Assembly: GCA_010093705.1 (NCBI GenBank)
Contig: MU006089.1
Span: 2,963,561 to 3,027,560 of the forward strand
Source: Patellaria atrata CBS 101060
Taxonomy: Eukaryota
Direction: 5' to 3'
Length of the DNA stretch: 64,000 nucleotides
The notes under the pieces are model-generated. The model worked only from the letters and a program-made list of their open reading frames with translations. It was not told the origin of the DNA and did no database searches. Each line of letters begins with the position of its first letter. Position 1 is the stretch's first letter. The position numbers and the translations under genes are program-made. Positions 1-15,223 of the stretch are shown here, piece after piece.

Positions 1-861
1 AGATCTATTTATGAAGAACCACCGACTCCTGCTCAGATTGAGCAATCTCTTGTTTTACCTGACGCTATCAAAGATGAGGGACAGATATTATCTATTATCA
101 TTTTTACAAATAGAGCTCCCCTTGTTTTAGCTTTCGCAGTCACGTTGCTTAAATATACGATGCCTGAACAACCAATCTCAAGTAGACTCAGTTTAGCACA
201 GGCAGTAGTCAGTATCAACAGCCGGAGTAAAGCTGTAAGTTTAGGTCTCGAAGCGGGTAAGAGTGCGGAAGAGGAAGGTTGGGGAGAAGGTCAACCTACT
301 GTTAAAGTCATGGGTCGTGAAATCAAGACGATGAAGCGGTGGGGCTACGAATGGAAAACAAAAGACTCAAAAGAAGAAACAAAGTCATTAGATGCGTCTG
401 AAGATTCCAGTCAAGCTGAGACGCTCAAAGATGATAATAACGCACCATCACTCTGGGGGATCGATCTCGACGCTTTAAAGAAAACTAATAGTAATGGAGG
501 AACCGCTGCTCAATCAAAGGCTTCAAACTCTCTGCCTATCTATACCCCTCAATCCGCTAGAGCATACCTCCTTAGATCGTTCGACTCTTCAGCAGGTCTG
601 TCATCAAACGACTACAGCCCAAAGAAAAAACCATCGAATGCGACTATCGCTGAGAGGAAGGAGCGTAACTTAGCCTTACTCCTTGGTGCTCTTGAACTCC
701 TGTTTGAATCCTGGGCTCCCCATATCGATAAAACGCAGTTAGACAGCCGCACCTGGTCCTGGTACGTTCGCGTACGTCCTGAGGTTGAGAGCGGTGTTGC
801 TGGTTGGGGTGGTAAAGGAGACGTTAAATTGGTGGATATTCTAGCTTTACGGCGAACCTAA
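1..861 (+). CDS. 5'-truncated conserved fungal protein (C-terminal part; possibly IMPACT-family-associated)
   Basis: Frame 1 is open from base 1 (RSIYEEPPTP...NRAPLVLAFAVTLLKYTMPEQPISSRLSLAQAVV...WSWYVRVRPEVESGVAGWGGKG) to TAA at 859-861. The family assignment is from recollection only. Confidence 0.7.
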   Translation, partial: RSIYEEPPTPAQIEQSLVLPDAIKDEGQILSIIIFTNRAPLVLAFAVTLLKYTMPEQPISSRLSLAQAVVSINSRSKAVSLGLEAGKSAEEEGWGEGQPTVKVMGREIKTMKRWGYEWKTKDSKEETKSLDASEDSSQAETLKDDNNAPSLWGIDLDALKKTNSNGGTAAQSKASNSLPIYTPQSARAYLLRSFDSSAGLSSNDYSPKKKPSNATIAERKERNLALLLGALELLFESWAPHIDKTQLDSRTWSWYVRVRPEVESGVAGWGGKGDVKLVDILALRRT

Positions 862-978
862 AGTACTTCCATCACCGGTGATCATTTTACACTTTAGGGT
901 GTAAAATAATAGAGTCCCTTCTTCAGGACATTACTGGAAAAGACCATCTATGCCGCCAATATCTCTTGCCCGCAGCGT

Positions 979-2014
979 TCATACTTGGTCCGAATCGCCC
1001 GAGTCAAGTGGTTTCCATGATAACAAAGGCATTAAGCTTGCCTCCATCGAAGCATTGGTCCTCCATGCATCCATTATAAGCTTCCTTCTATGTTCCATAC
1101 TTAGACTCTCTTTTGACCTATCGATCAACATTGAAGACCATCCAGCTCTTCGAGCCCCTATCACATCTTCTGCCATGCTGTCTCCGACGTATAGCATTTC
1201 GAATGAATCAATGTATCGAATGGACTCTGTATTACGTGATAGGTGCTGAGCTAAAAGTGTCTCCGCTGCCTTGAATATTCCCGGATCGGGCTTGACGACG
1301 CCAACGTCATAACTCATGACAACGAAATCAATGTCATTCTCCGCGTGATTTGTTTCAATTCCACTTTCCGTCCTCCCGAACATCTGCGGGGAGACATCAA
1401 GTCCAAAGGATCTCAGGACACCTGGGACACGATCGTCGGAATTCGAGATGATACCAACAACTGTTTGTTCCCAGGGCCATTCATGAGTTTTTTTTGAGTT
1501 TTTATGTGTAGACTTTCTCAATTCTCGAAGTGATTTGAAGAAGGGCATGACATCTTCGAACATCTGGTAGCCATCGGAATTGGAGAACCTAGTCATCAAC
1601 TCACTTGTCATCCGTTCGGGAACTGCTGCTCCTGATGATACGAAAGGCTTAAAGGTAGCATTGATGACCTGACAGCAAATTCAGGTCTCTACAATTGTGA
1701 TTTCTTGTGTCTTACAGAAGACTCACATTGCTCCACCATTGGCTAGCATCCACACCATTCACTTTACCGTAGTTCGGGTTCCGACTTCTCTCTTTCTTGA
1801 AAGCTTGATGATATGTCAATTACCAGTTCATTCCAGCAGAGCACTATCACTTACCCTCATGGAATTTCTCAGTAAGTTCCGTTTCAGAGAAACCCGTGAT
1901 GCCATATTTTCGAGCTATCTCCCCATATTGCTGAGCAATCGGCCTCTTGGGCCGAAACAGGGTACCAAACGCATCTAAGCACAAGAGCAGATTCTTTCTG
2001 GGAGATGGCGACAT
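979..2014 (-). CDS. HAD-superfamily hydrolase (HDHD3/Dpi35-like)
   Basis: Exons 2014-1855, 1803-1727, 1668-979 with GT-AG introns. Motif I LCLDAFGTL, motif II ISNSD, motif III KPDPGIF, motif IV YVGDSMAEDVIGA. Confidence 0.88.
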
Positions 2015-2797
2015 GTATATGATAACATAAGACGGGGGAATGTGATGTATAGAGAAATTACAGCTCGGGTATCGTCTTGCGAGATGCCCTATCGTCTGGT
2101 TGATTAGGAGTAGATCCGGTCTTTAAACTGCATGATATAGGGATAATCTAGCGGATTGACATGGTGACTAGCTGGGCAATGCCTGTGGTGTTTTATGATA
2201 TACGTTGTCCAGAGCTATACATTTCTTTGATATCTTATGAGCGGTGATGCTACGGCCCCCCGGTCTAGGCTGCCTGGTTGGAGTTGGACTGTTGGAGTTG
2301 CCCGCACTGCCAAGATTGACCGGGGCCGGCTAGTTCCAGTTCTACTCACCTGGGGAGTCTGATACTTGAAGAACTACTTTCGAAACAACATCACCGCCCG
2401 TTTGAGCTTCCTCAAATCAAACCTCCGCCCTCATAGAAACGGGCTCTTTTTGTCTCTGGCTGCTAACTGCAGATAGTTCTCTTGTCTTTTTCAACATATA
2501 ACCTTTCCCCATAAAAATTTCCTAGAGACGCATGTGTGACAATTGTATCCACGCGATTGGCATCGCTCCTTGAGCGAACTTTATCCCCACGTCGGTATAA
2601 CCTTACTCGCATCTCTACGTCTTGAAGCTTAAATAAGCCTTCTTCTCTGGTCGATACATCGCTGGATTTTACACTTATCTGTGGAGCTCCAACGAATTGT
2701 AACGCCCCGCTGGATAGTAAGCTTCACAGAGATAGTTGTACCCGCCCCCCAACTACAAAAACAATACTGTTAACCCACTTCAAGGACAACCGCAAAC

Positions 2798-4775
2798 ATG
2801 CCTTGCTTCCAGGGCTTAGCTGTTAGCATTCACACTCCGGATGGTCCTCTACCCGAGTATTCCATTCAGAAACAATCAAAGTTCCATCGTATCACGTCGT
2901 ACATACCCGTTCCCCCCGCCAAAATACCGCCTGGATCGACCAAGCCTGAGCAATCGACCTTTCAGATCTCAATCACTCTTCTTACTCCCGGCTTGAATGT
3001 TCCATACTCAACCCCGAAACCTACACCAGAAGAGCCGTATCCCCGTCCTAAAGTTGTCAGCGGACTACCTGGCTACGGTCAAGAGAGGGGCAAGTATGGA
3101 CCCGTTATTGGGCCATATATACCCTTGACCCAGTCACCGAACGAAACTATTGCGGCTTATATCTATTTTGATGGTCGTGCTAAAGAGGAGGTTGCAACAC
3201 TTTTGAGACGTGGAGAGGAGACATGGGTCAACTCAAGATGGGTCAGCGTCCCCGAATCTGAAGGCGGAGGTCTCGCGGAACGAGAATTCATCTTCCGGGA
3301 AGTCGGTCTGGAACGATGGCTCAATGGTCTCGATCTTGAAGGCAAAGACAAGGATGTGGCGGCGCGAATTGAGCGACGCAAGCAGAGGCTAGAGAAGAAG
3401 AGGCGCAAGAAGAGGGAGACGATCGGAAGTGATGATCAGGATGATGACCTAGATATGCTTAAGAAGAAACCGTTAGAGCGTAATGGGGTCTTAAGGTATG
3501 GTGACAATAAGAGTGCCCCAGTGGAAGCACTATCGGGCGATGATGGATTGTTCACGTCCGACTCCGACTCAGAAGACGAACCACCCATGCCTGAAGCAGC
3601 TGGTCAAATCAAGGTTGCATTGTTTCGCGTACTCGCATCTGGAGAGATCAAACGAGGAGAATATTCACCTCAATTCGATGTCCATGATGACGAGGAGAAC
3701 GCCGGAAATTCGGGCGATGGCGATGCAGACATTGACCATACCACAAGCTTTGCAAAGCCAAAGACATTGGATCCAAAGTCGATCAGCACACAAACTGTTA
3801 CTGGTATCGATCCACCTGACAAACCATATGCCGTATTTACCTTCCTATATAGGGGTGAACGTAAGTAAAAATTTCCGGCTACCTTCTACATACTAACAAA
3901 TTATTAGGACAATTACAAAAAATGGCCATCCTTCCCACACCAGTAGAAAAGAAATCTCCCGTGGCGACGAAACGAAAATCTACGCAGCTCGACTTCTCCA
4001 GCTTAGGCCCACTGTCCACCACCGGCACCAAGGCCTTCGCCGGTTATCGCGACCCAGCGTCGAAACCCACTTTCCGAAAGTCCGGGAACAAGCAAGATGA
4101 CGACGTCATGGACAGCGATGCCGATGATGAGGACGACGCTCCCACGATAGAGGAGATAGAAGAAGATCTCAAAGCAGAACTTGCAGGTATGCTCTCACCT
4201 GAAGATGCTCTTAGGCAAGGAGAGCTGGCTGAGGGAGTGCGGAAGATTAAGGTAAGTCAAACTCTTTTTTCTCCATTCATGCTACAATCAACTGACGCAT
4301 ACTCTAGCTCAAACGACAACACTCTGCTGAACCCCTCAACGCCCACTCCCCCCAGAAATCCCCTGCTCCCGCTTCTCCCAGTAAAGACAATACTCCTGAT
4401 CCCTCGGCTTCGACGACTGGTGCTCTCGATGCCTCCAACGTTTCATCCGTCACGAACAACTCGACACTTCCTCCAGCTCTTGGTGCAGGCATTCCAAACT
4501 TGACGGCTTCAGATGTCACCCCAGAATCCATTGTCGGCTCCCCGTTTAAGAAACAGCGCGCAAGTCTTCCTGGATTCGATGACAGTGTTAGAAAGAGCTT
4601 GGGTGCGAAGTTTGCAGCGGGTGCAATGGGAGGAGGCGAGAAGGAAAGGAGCAAGAGTGGTAGTGGATTGCTTGGCTTAGGGCTTGGAGGAGTCACCGAG
4701 GGTACGAGTCTAGATGGAGCTCTAGCAGAAACAAAAGCAGCGAAAGAAGAGAAGATGGAGGAGGATGAGCTGTGA
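2798..4775 (+). CDS. Conserved hypothetical fungal protein (DUF7918-like segment DPPDKPYAVFTFLYRGERQLQKMAILP; acidic/low-complexity C-terminus)
   Basis: Exons 2798-3860, 3908-4251, 4308-4775 joined in frame by GTAAGT..CTAAC/CTGAC..TAG introns. Good start context (CAAACATG). The domain name is tentative. Confidence 0.8.
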
Positions 4776-5804
4776 CTTGCCCTTGCGGGGGAGGTCAGTG
4801 TGCAGAGGGCGTTTGGCTGAATCAATTCAGGTACGTAAGGGCATGCGAGTGATTATATTGAGCCCTGTCAAGAATCTTGACAGCGCAAACGAAGGACTAT
4901 CAGAAGTGGGAGCGGGATAGCCATGTCTCACGTGCTCGTTTCTTATATGTATACTCCATAGAGGGTCGGAGGATTTATTGTCTGCTTTGATCTCAATTTC
5001 TCAAAGGGGGCGAAAATCATCGATGCGACATCGGATTGGATACAAATCCAGAGATGGTGGTGCGACTCTGGAGCTATCTTGATTGATTCGAGTTGGAAAT
5101 GCATGTTGATTGATGGTTCATCGTGTACAGTACCTGCCACACATCAGATACATATCAGTTGCCGCAACGAAATAAGAGCGTTATTCAAAACCCAATCGGG
5201 CCATCTCTTAGCATAGATTGGACTATTGGGACTTGATAACGGCAATAGACGTTTGATATACTCACATTATTCCGAACAATGCTGTTCAGGTAAACATGCT
5301 ACGTACGTCCCAAGAAGCAATATACAGCTTACCATATACTGAATAGACCAATACTCATTGCAAGGCGTTTCCCACGATAACTGTAGGCGAAGACAATATT
5401 CCACATATCCCTCCAAGTAAGCACCACTTTCGAGATCGGAAGTTTGACAGCTTGTGATTGCACGTCACATGTGATGGACACGTTGGGGCTTGCATCTGCA
5501 TTATTTGTTGTCATAAGGGTAGAAGGATGGATAGATGGAGGCTAAAGGGTGCTAACAACAAGATAAACGTACAGAAAAGTAGCTTGATCGGCTTCTCTTC
5601 AACTCAAAACTTTTTCTTTAGCTTGACCATCATTTTCTCCCTTCCCCGTCTGGTGTGGAGCTTGACATCTGAAGCTCAACGTCATATCTTGTTAAACCCC
5701 GCCATCCTATTCCTCCAAAATTTCCCCAGCTAAATTCCAACTTAAACCTCAATTCTCTCTTCTCCACTCCAATTGCATAGAATTCACTTTAATACTAATA
5801 CATC

Positions 5805-7686
<1,882 letters not shown>

Positions 7687-8102
7687 GGGGTGGATGAGCT
7701 TACTCGAGGGGAAAGGGGAGGATAGTGATAGGGGAAGGGGAAAATGAATGTATCGATATAAATAAGAAGTATATGGATGAATGGACATATCGATATGGAA
7801 TATAAGAATATATGCTAAATGAACATAGCGATAAGAAAATAAACGTTAGACGAGAATAGAGTCTCGGAACATGATTTTGCTCTGCTCGTTGCTCTAAACA
7901 CCATGATAGCTCCTAGATCTCACTACCTAAAAAGCATGTCTCCTCTTAAGTTCTTTCATTCTCGTAGCAGGCGACGTATAATTGTACCGTTTGACTTACC
8001 CTTGAAACTAACAATAGCAACATGCCTACATCCGCTCGTACCACGTCCTTCCTATCATCCCACGACCTGAGCACCCCCAACCCCCAACCCACAATTCACC
8101 CC

Positions 8103-8912
8103 NNNNNNNNNNNNNNNNNNNNNNNNNNNNNNNNNNNNNNNNNNNNNNNNNNNNNNNNNNNNNNNNNNNNNNNNNNNNNNNNNNNNNNNNNNNNNNNNNN
8201 NNNNNNNNNNNNNNNNNNNNNNNNNNNNNNNNNNNNNNNNNNNNNNNNNNNNNNNNNNNNNNNNNNNNNNNNNNNNNNNNNNNNNNNNNNNNNNNNNNNN
8301 NNNNNNNNNNNNNNNNNNNNNNNNNNNNNNNNNNNNNNNNNNNNNNNNNNNNNNNNNNNNNNNNNNNNNNNNNNNNNNNNNNNNNNNNNNNNNNNNNNNN
8401 NNNNNNNNNNNNNNNNNNNNNNNNNNNNNNNNNNNNNNNNNNNNNNNNNNNNNNNNNNNNNNNNNNNNNNNNNNNNNNNNNNNNNNNNNNNNNNNNNNNN
8501 NNNNNNNNNNNNNNNNNNNNNNNNNNNNNNNNNNNNNNNNNNNNNNNNNNNNNNNNNNNNNNNNNNNNNNNNNNNNNNNNNNNNNNNNNNNNNNNNNNNN
8601 NNNNNNNNNNNNNNNNNNNNNNNNNNNNNNNNNNNNNNNNNNNNNNNNNNNNNNNNNNNNNNNNNNNNNNNNNNNNNNNNNNNNNNNNNNNNNNNNNNNN
8701 NNNNNNNNNNNNNNNNNNNNNNNNNNNNNNNNNNNNNNNNNNNNNNNNNNNNNNNNNNNNNNNNNNNNNNNNNNNNNNNNNNNNNNNNNNNNNNNNNNNN
8801 NNNNNNNNNNNNNNNNNNNNNNNNNNNNNNNNNNNNNNNNNNNNNNNNNNNNNNNNNNNNNNNNNNNNNNNNNNNNNNNNNNNNNNNNNNNNNNNNNNNN
8901 NNNNNNNNNNNN
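8103..8912. other. Assembly gap (N run)
   Basis: Uninterrupted Ns. The two X-filled ORFs here are artefacts. Confidence 1.
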
Positions 8913-10918
8913 TACCTTTCGATTTGATGGGGGTTTGTGCCGATGTCTGTGCATGTGAGGGAGAGGAGAGGGCGGCGGGTGAATTCGGCTACGCATTCTG
9001 GGGCATATTAGATGTTGTGGCTTCAGCGGTGTGGGTTGAGATATTCATGCCTGCGGTATATGTCTTTCCGACCCCGGGTTTTCCATGCAGGAGGACAATC
9101 ATACCTTCGCCTTTCCCCTGCTCGAAGTCTGATTTCCAGAGACCAGCCTTTTCGTCTTCTTCCTCGACTTCGCGGGTATATTTGATTGAGAGGTTCTTTA
9201 GCAAAGTCCGGATATCATCGTCGATCACGAGCTCATTGATCATGTTCGTGTCAAATTTAGGTTCGGAGAAGCATCCAGCGTCAAGCCGTTCTAGGATGAT
9301 GACATATCAGTATAGTTTCGTGACCAGCACATGTAGAATATAAAACTCACCCCATCGTCTAGTCTTCAAATGAAATCCATCAACATTACGATCGCAAAGG
9401 AAATACTGATGGGGCGTTAATTCTGTAACCGTCAGGGGGTTAATCCTCGCATAATCTGCAAACCGAGATTTCCGCTTGTTTCTATCGTTAAGGTCTTTAC
9501 ACCTCTTGCAAGAACAGTTAGGGATCCCTCCGATAGTCCGTTCACCCACGTCTTCGGAGAGGAGGGGTGGTATTTTGACATTCGGTGGCTTCTCCGCCTG
9601 GACTTTTCCCCAGAAGCTTTCGGCATCTACCATGACGAGGCCGTTGATTTTATGACGGGGAAATGTTGTTGTCTCGCCAGAGTATGAGAGGCATTGTTTT
9701 TCTATATCTCTGTGTAAGCGAAGTGAATATAACGGGATGATAATTATTATTTGGAAGCATACGAGTAAGTCGAAAGAACATCTTCCCTCGCTCTTCTAGC
9801 CGCTTTGTCATAGCATCAAGACTCTCTCCCCGAATATCCTCCCGTAAATATTTGCAGGGAAATATATCGAGACTGGAGATCTCCTTTTCTCCCTCGAATG
9901 GTAGAACCGTGGCAACGGCATTTCGTGGACCAATGAATACAGCATCGTAATCTAAATTCCATAAGGTGATTTCATACCTTGATGGATAGCCATTTGACAG
10001 TTTCCAATGTACGCTTTTGACGACATAGCTATCGAGCGTACCGCAGCTGTCCGTATCATAGAATACATCGGTCCCTGGCTTGAACAGTGTCCATAATAGC
10101 TCGTATGTAACAACAGGTCGTTCCCTTTCATGCCTCTCCTTCTGCTTCTCCAATGAGTCCTTTTGCGTATCCTTGAGAAAATCGAGGATAATGCCTAGAT
10201 GTTCATAAGTATCCGCCTCCCCAACACAAGCTTCGGCCTCGTCATTCTGAACCCGATTCTCGGGCGCAAAGATCTGTCGATACTCCTCCAGTTCCTTTAG
10301 ATGATGGACAAGCAGTAAATATGGCTCATGAATCGTTATGGAATCCCCAATCAAGTTCTGCCCGGGATAATATTCCACAACCGCGCGCAAAGCATTAATA
10401 ACAGCAGCTGAGTTGATTTGAATATATTTATACCCCATCGAATGAATTGGAGGTGGCTTGACCGAATCACGAAAAGCATATGCTGCCCTCTCGATAGCTG
10501 TATAAGCTATAGTAACAACTTCTAACACGGGTTCTTCAGGGGGTGACTTTGTCGCTGCGAACCTGTCTGATTCTTCCTCGAAGACAACTGCACTGGATGA
10601 GACATGCCTGTACTCGATTTTGTGGACGACTTTCGGTACGCGTGGCCGTGGGCTCCTGTTTTCGTATGGTCGTCCCCGGTCGTTGTATGGCCGGTTACGA
10701 TCATTGTATTCGATTTCTGTAAGGGGTGTGACATTTCCTGATCTTCCGCTACCACTCAGTTGGCTGGGATCTCGCTGAATAGGCCTTGCGTTGGCATCGT
10801 GCGGAAGAGGGATATCTTCTGCTTGTCGACTATCGGTGAGACCATTGGGCATTCGATCATCTATTTTAGATTCTACCCGAGGTTGATCGGACTCATCAAG
10901 GCCAGCTTCTGCACTCAT
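8913..10918 (-). CDS. Fungal AAA+ ATPase (DUF7025-type N-domain + AAA domain), 3' end lost in gap
   Basis: Exons 10918-9763, 9701-9351, 9290-9051, 8997-(gap). INALRAVVEYYP, YELLWTLFKPG, RGKMF, VMVD, Walker A LLHGKPGVGKTYTAECVAEFTRRPLLSLTCTDIG. Confidence 0.88.
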
Positions 10919-11815
10919 GTTGAAATTTGAAATTTAGATGTACACCACGAACAAAGTTTTTCTTTATCTGATATGAGCTGGGAACTCAACAGATCCCGAT
11001 CATCTGTGCAGCTACGAACGAAAGTAATGGAAAAATACAACAAACTTCATGAAGAAACGTATGAGTTTAGCGAGTGAAAAGGTGTTGAATTACTCTTTAA
11101 CTTATAATATGATCAGGAGAAGAACTGAGATCCTGCATCCTCTGAAGGAGGTACCTTATTGCTACCTATTAGGCAACAACTACCGGTCAGAACAACGACC
11201 GGAATCAAATACAGGGAGAACGCAAATGGGAGACAGTGGAATAAATCCAAACTCGCAAAGAAAAAGATACCAAACAGAAAAGCTGCAGATTGTGCAAAGG
11301 CTGAGGCTGAGGCTGAAACTGAAGGAACTAGAAGAAGCGTTAGCGGTCGAGAATTCTAGTCTTCGCCAAGGCAGTCTCCCAGTCCTATCCAATCAGAACA
11401 AATAATATTGTGGAAGAAGGTTGGACATGGGGCTGACTTTGATCATATTGCTACCGAAACTCACCGCTGGGTATCCCATTCTAGTGATATATACTAAGTA
11501 AATAGATGAAGAAAGATCTATAGTGTCAGCAAAGTAAAGGATATCACGTTTCAAGCGATGCTCTAAGTAGAGAAATTATGTTTTCCCTTGATTAACTGTC
11601 TAGAAATGCTCCCGTTCAGTGAGGAGCCGCCAGATATGAAGACACGAGACAGCTTTAGCCATGCAACCTAATGCATAGTACGCCCACCAGGACGACAAAG
11701 CACGAAAGAGGAACACCGCCCATGTGCAGATACATGATGCGCCCTAGGAAACCCATCCCAAAGCCCTATCAGTAACAGTACTATTCAGAGGTACCTGAGC
11801 TATCCATAGAACAGC

Positions 11816-14800
11816 TCAGAAGTTAGGCGAGGCGAAGGCATTGAAGCCTCGAGTACCATACGCAGGCGTGCTGTGAACCGGAACAGGGCTACCAATCTCA
11901 CCAAGACCCGCAGCCGCAGCTAGGCGGGAGTGCATCGTACCGTCCTCAGGCTGCCATTTGACCAGTTTCCGATTCGGCTCTTCTTTCCGAACGATGAAAG
12001 ATCCTCCACCGTTCTGAGAATCGCCTTCTGTTTCAGTAATGGCTTCCACCTCCTCTACGGTGATGGGAGTATCCCCAACTGACCGGAAGAGGTCATGGTG
12101 TCGGTATACGTCCAACTGTTGCAAAATGCTCTGAACATCATGGAATCCCTCCGAGCCATTCTGAATTGCAGTAAGATGTTTACAAGCTTGGCAGACCATG
12201 AGGCGCAAGGTAACCGGTCTCGAAACGCTGGCACGATGTTGGGTAGGCCCCATGCCGAAGGAACTGCTGGCCCAACCTGCGCTCGGACTTGTACCCCAAG
12301 GCCCGTTCGATGAACCGAACGGGGTCGGATTCCACGAATTTCCAGGCACCCCGGACACACCTAGGCCGAAGGTATCTAATCGTGTGTTTGGCGGACCTGG
12401 AAACGCGGAAGATGTACCGAATGGAAGGCTAGAGTGCCTTGGTTGTCCGGGAGCTACACTATTACGTCTATTCTCCGCATTGCTGACTGGATATGGCTCG
12501 TCCGTATCGTCCAAGAGCGCGCTGCTCCCCAAATGTTTGCTGAGATCATCAATGTCCTTATCGGAAGAGCGCCTATCCTCAAGGTTGCCTTCAAACGGTT
12601 TGACACTTGCCGGGCGTTGGATCGGGGCCGGCCGTGCGATCGGCTGTGATGGCGGTATAGAGTCAAACGGGTTCTTCTCGTAAGATCCTGACTGTTGCCG
12701 TGAGTGCGCTGCGATACCGTCCCTTGCTACGCCAAACGGAGGCATCTGATTCCCGGCCCCGATCGGAGGGATTGGTTGGAAGCCAGGAGGAGCTCCCATC
12801 GGGAAGCCACGACCTTGAGGCATCATACCCAAACCGTTCATTCCAGGTGGTGGACCGGGCAGTCCGTTAGGTGCTGGAAAACCGCGGTATTGAGCATTTC
12901 CGAGTGGGTTAGGATGAAACATTGGCATATCGTGCCCGAGCGGGCCCCGTTGAGACATGCCCTGCATTTGAGGTCCTTGGCTGTGAGAAAAGCCATTGAT
13001 TCCAGGAGGAAAGCCGAATGAATTTGGGGGCATATGCATTCCGGGAGGTGGATACATTGGTGGTAATGGAGAGGACGGCTGTGGATGCTGGAGTGGTGGT
13101 CCTGGCTGATGGGATGGGGGTTTAAGGATAGCTTTTGGCACTATATGGCTTGCTTGTGTAGACGGCACGGCGCTTGGAGGCGTCGACTTACCGGTACCAG
13201 GAGCAAGTTGCGGTGTTTTAGGAGAAGAACCATGCGAACCCTGTTGGGAGCTCTGTCGCGGACGTACCGGAGTGGGAGCCTTGGGGATTGCAGGCGTTGC
13301 TACTTGAACGAGGGGAGACGCCAAACTGGCGGAAGATTGTTTCGACAGGAGACCCGGAGGTAACGCAACAGCGGTAGGTTGAGACGGCCGTTTCATAACT
13401 TGAGGTGCGGGCTGGGAAGATTGAAGCGCTGCTTGAGCCGCTCGAGCAGCTTCCTCTTCCTTTCGAGTTCGGTCCCTAGCCTCCTTTTCCACCTTTGCCT
13501 TTGCCTCACGTTCTCTCCGTCCTCTCTCCTCTTGAGCCTTCCTCTCCCTCGCCTCTCGCTCCCTAGCTTCGCGTTCTTCGCGCTCCTTCTTCTTGGCTTC
13601 CTCGCGGGCCTTCTTCTCTTGAGCCTTTTGCTCGCGAGCTCTACGTTCCACTTCCTGCTGCCGCTCACGGTCTTCCTGAAGTCGTTTTAGGCGTTCCGCT
13701 TCCTTACGTTGCCTCTCTTCCTCCTGAGCCTTGCGCTCCGCTTCCTTCTTCTTCTTCTGTTCCTCTTTCTTCCGCTTTTGCTCCTCTTGCTTCTTCAACT
13801 CTAACTCTCGAACGGCCGCCTCCTCGGCAGCTTTCTCTGCATCTTTCTTAGCCTTTTCCTCAGCCTTGGCTGCTTTCTGAGCGGCCTTTTTCTCTTTCTT
13901 CTTCGCAGCATCCCTTGCCTTCTTCGCCTCTCGCTGAGCATCGAGCCGCGATTCGTCATCGAGCTCTTCAAGGAGCTTCTGCTGTCGTTCGCGCGCAACC
14001 TTTTCCCGATATGCTGTGAGCACTCTCTGTTCGAACATCCGAGCGGCGAAAATTTGGAACATCCTGCGACCTTCCTCCATGCGTTGTTCTTCGGTCATGG
14101 AGTCCTGTGTAACATTAGTAATCAGCCCAGTTAGAGATCTAGGGATATCGCGTTCACCATTTCGTCCTCGTCATATTCGTCATCCTCCTGACTATCATAC
14201 TCATCTTCCTCTTCATCATCGTACTCGTCATCCTCTGGTTGAGGAGGTTGACCGTGATAACCGTGCGCATGATTCGAGTGGGCTAAGCTGGCTGCAGCAT
14301 ATTGAGCTTCCTCCTCTCGCTGCATTCGTCTCTCAGCCAATTGCTCCATCATTTCTATGAACTTCTTCCCATCATTCTTGAGCAGGTCGTCCGCAACCGT
14401 GAGAATGCCGCCTGTGGTAAATTTAGCGAACCCTTAACATCCCATTTACATTATCAAACTGACCCTTGACTGTGAGACTGTTGCCGAAATTGAAGAAATC
14501 CGCAGCCGGACCTCGAGGTAGCTCCTCAGGTTCGTCTTCGCTGTATTCTTCTTCATCGTCTTCGTCACTATAATCTTCTTCTTCAAGATCGTCTTCCTCT
14601 TCTTCGTCCTCTTCATCGTCGGGCAACTCTTGGATGCGTCGGTGAGGTGGATGACGGGTATTAGACAGATGTGAGGGTGGCAGTCTGTCAAGGTGACCGA
14701 AGCGTGGTGGAGGGAGCATCGGTGCGCCGTTGTCGGAGCCTTGGCGGTTTGCGTATTGTTCTAGCTCCTCGTAATATGCATCATACAGAACTTCAAGCTC

Positions 14801-15223
14801 TTCCTCGATAGCGGTACGTTTACGTCCACATACTGTACAGCTGCATGAATGCTTTTGCTGTTCCTTCATTTTACGTAGTACAGCTTCCTTCTCGATCTTG
14901 ACCAATGACTTGCGCTCATCTTCGCCTAAAGATAACCAAAACTCTTTGATCCGCTCCCGTTCTTCTTGGGTCGAGGTATTCCATATACGATCCTTGGAAT
15001 TATTCACGCCTCTAACGGTACGCAAAGCAGCATTGGAAAGCGGCGGAGGTGGTGGCGGTGGGGGAGGGGGGACTTGTGACGCGGTAGGTGCAGGTGCGGA
15101 GATGTCCACGTTGTTGTCGTAACCATTTTGTGGATTGGTCCTACCCTTCTTCTTTTTTTTGCTCTTCTTCTTATTCGCAGCACTAGGTCTGTGATTTTCC
15201 AGCGGTGTTGTTCCGTTTGCCAT
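11816..15223 (-). CDS. NST1: Stress response protein Nst1
   Basis: Exons 15223-14464, 14411-14158, 14104-11816. Signature [37 protein letters not shown]...[45 protein letters not shown], long E/K/R coiled coil, Pro-rich tail. The start codon is not certain. Confidence 0.92.

Noticed and set aside
8913..8935. Apparent frameshift in the AAA ATPase just before the gap (TNPIKSKG where about TNPIKIER is expected)
   Set aside because: It lies in an A/T run at a contig edge, so a sequencing error is more likely than biology.
8022..8996. 301-aa and 313-aa ORFs spanning the N run
   Set aside because: Artefacts of translating the assembly gap.
12055..14360. Many overlapping ORFs within NST1
   Set aside because: Shadow ORFs of coiled-coil and Pro-rich coding sequence.
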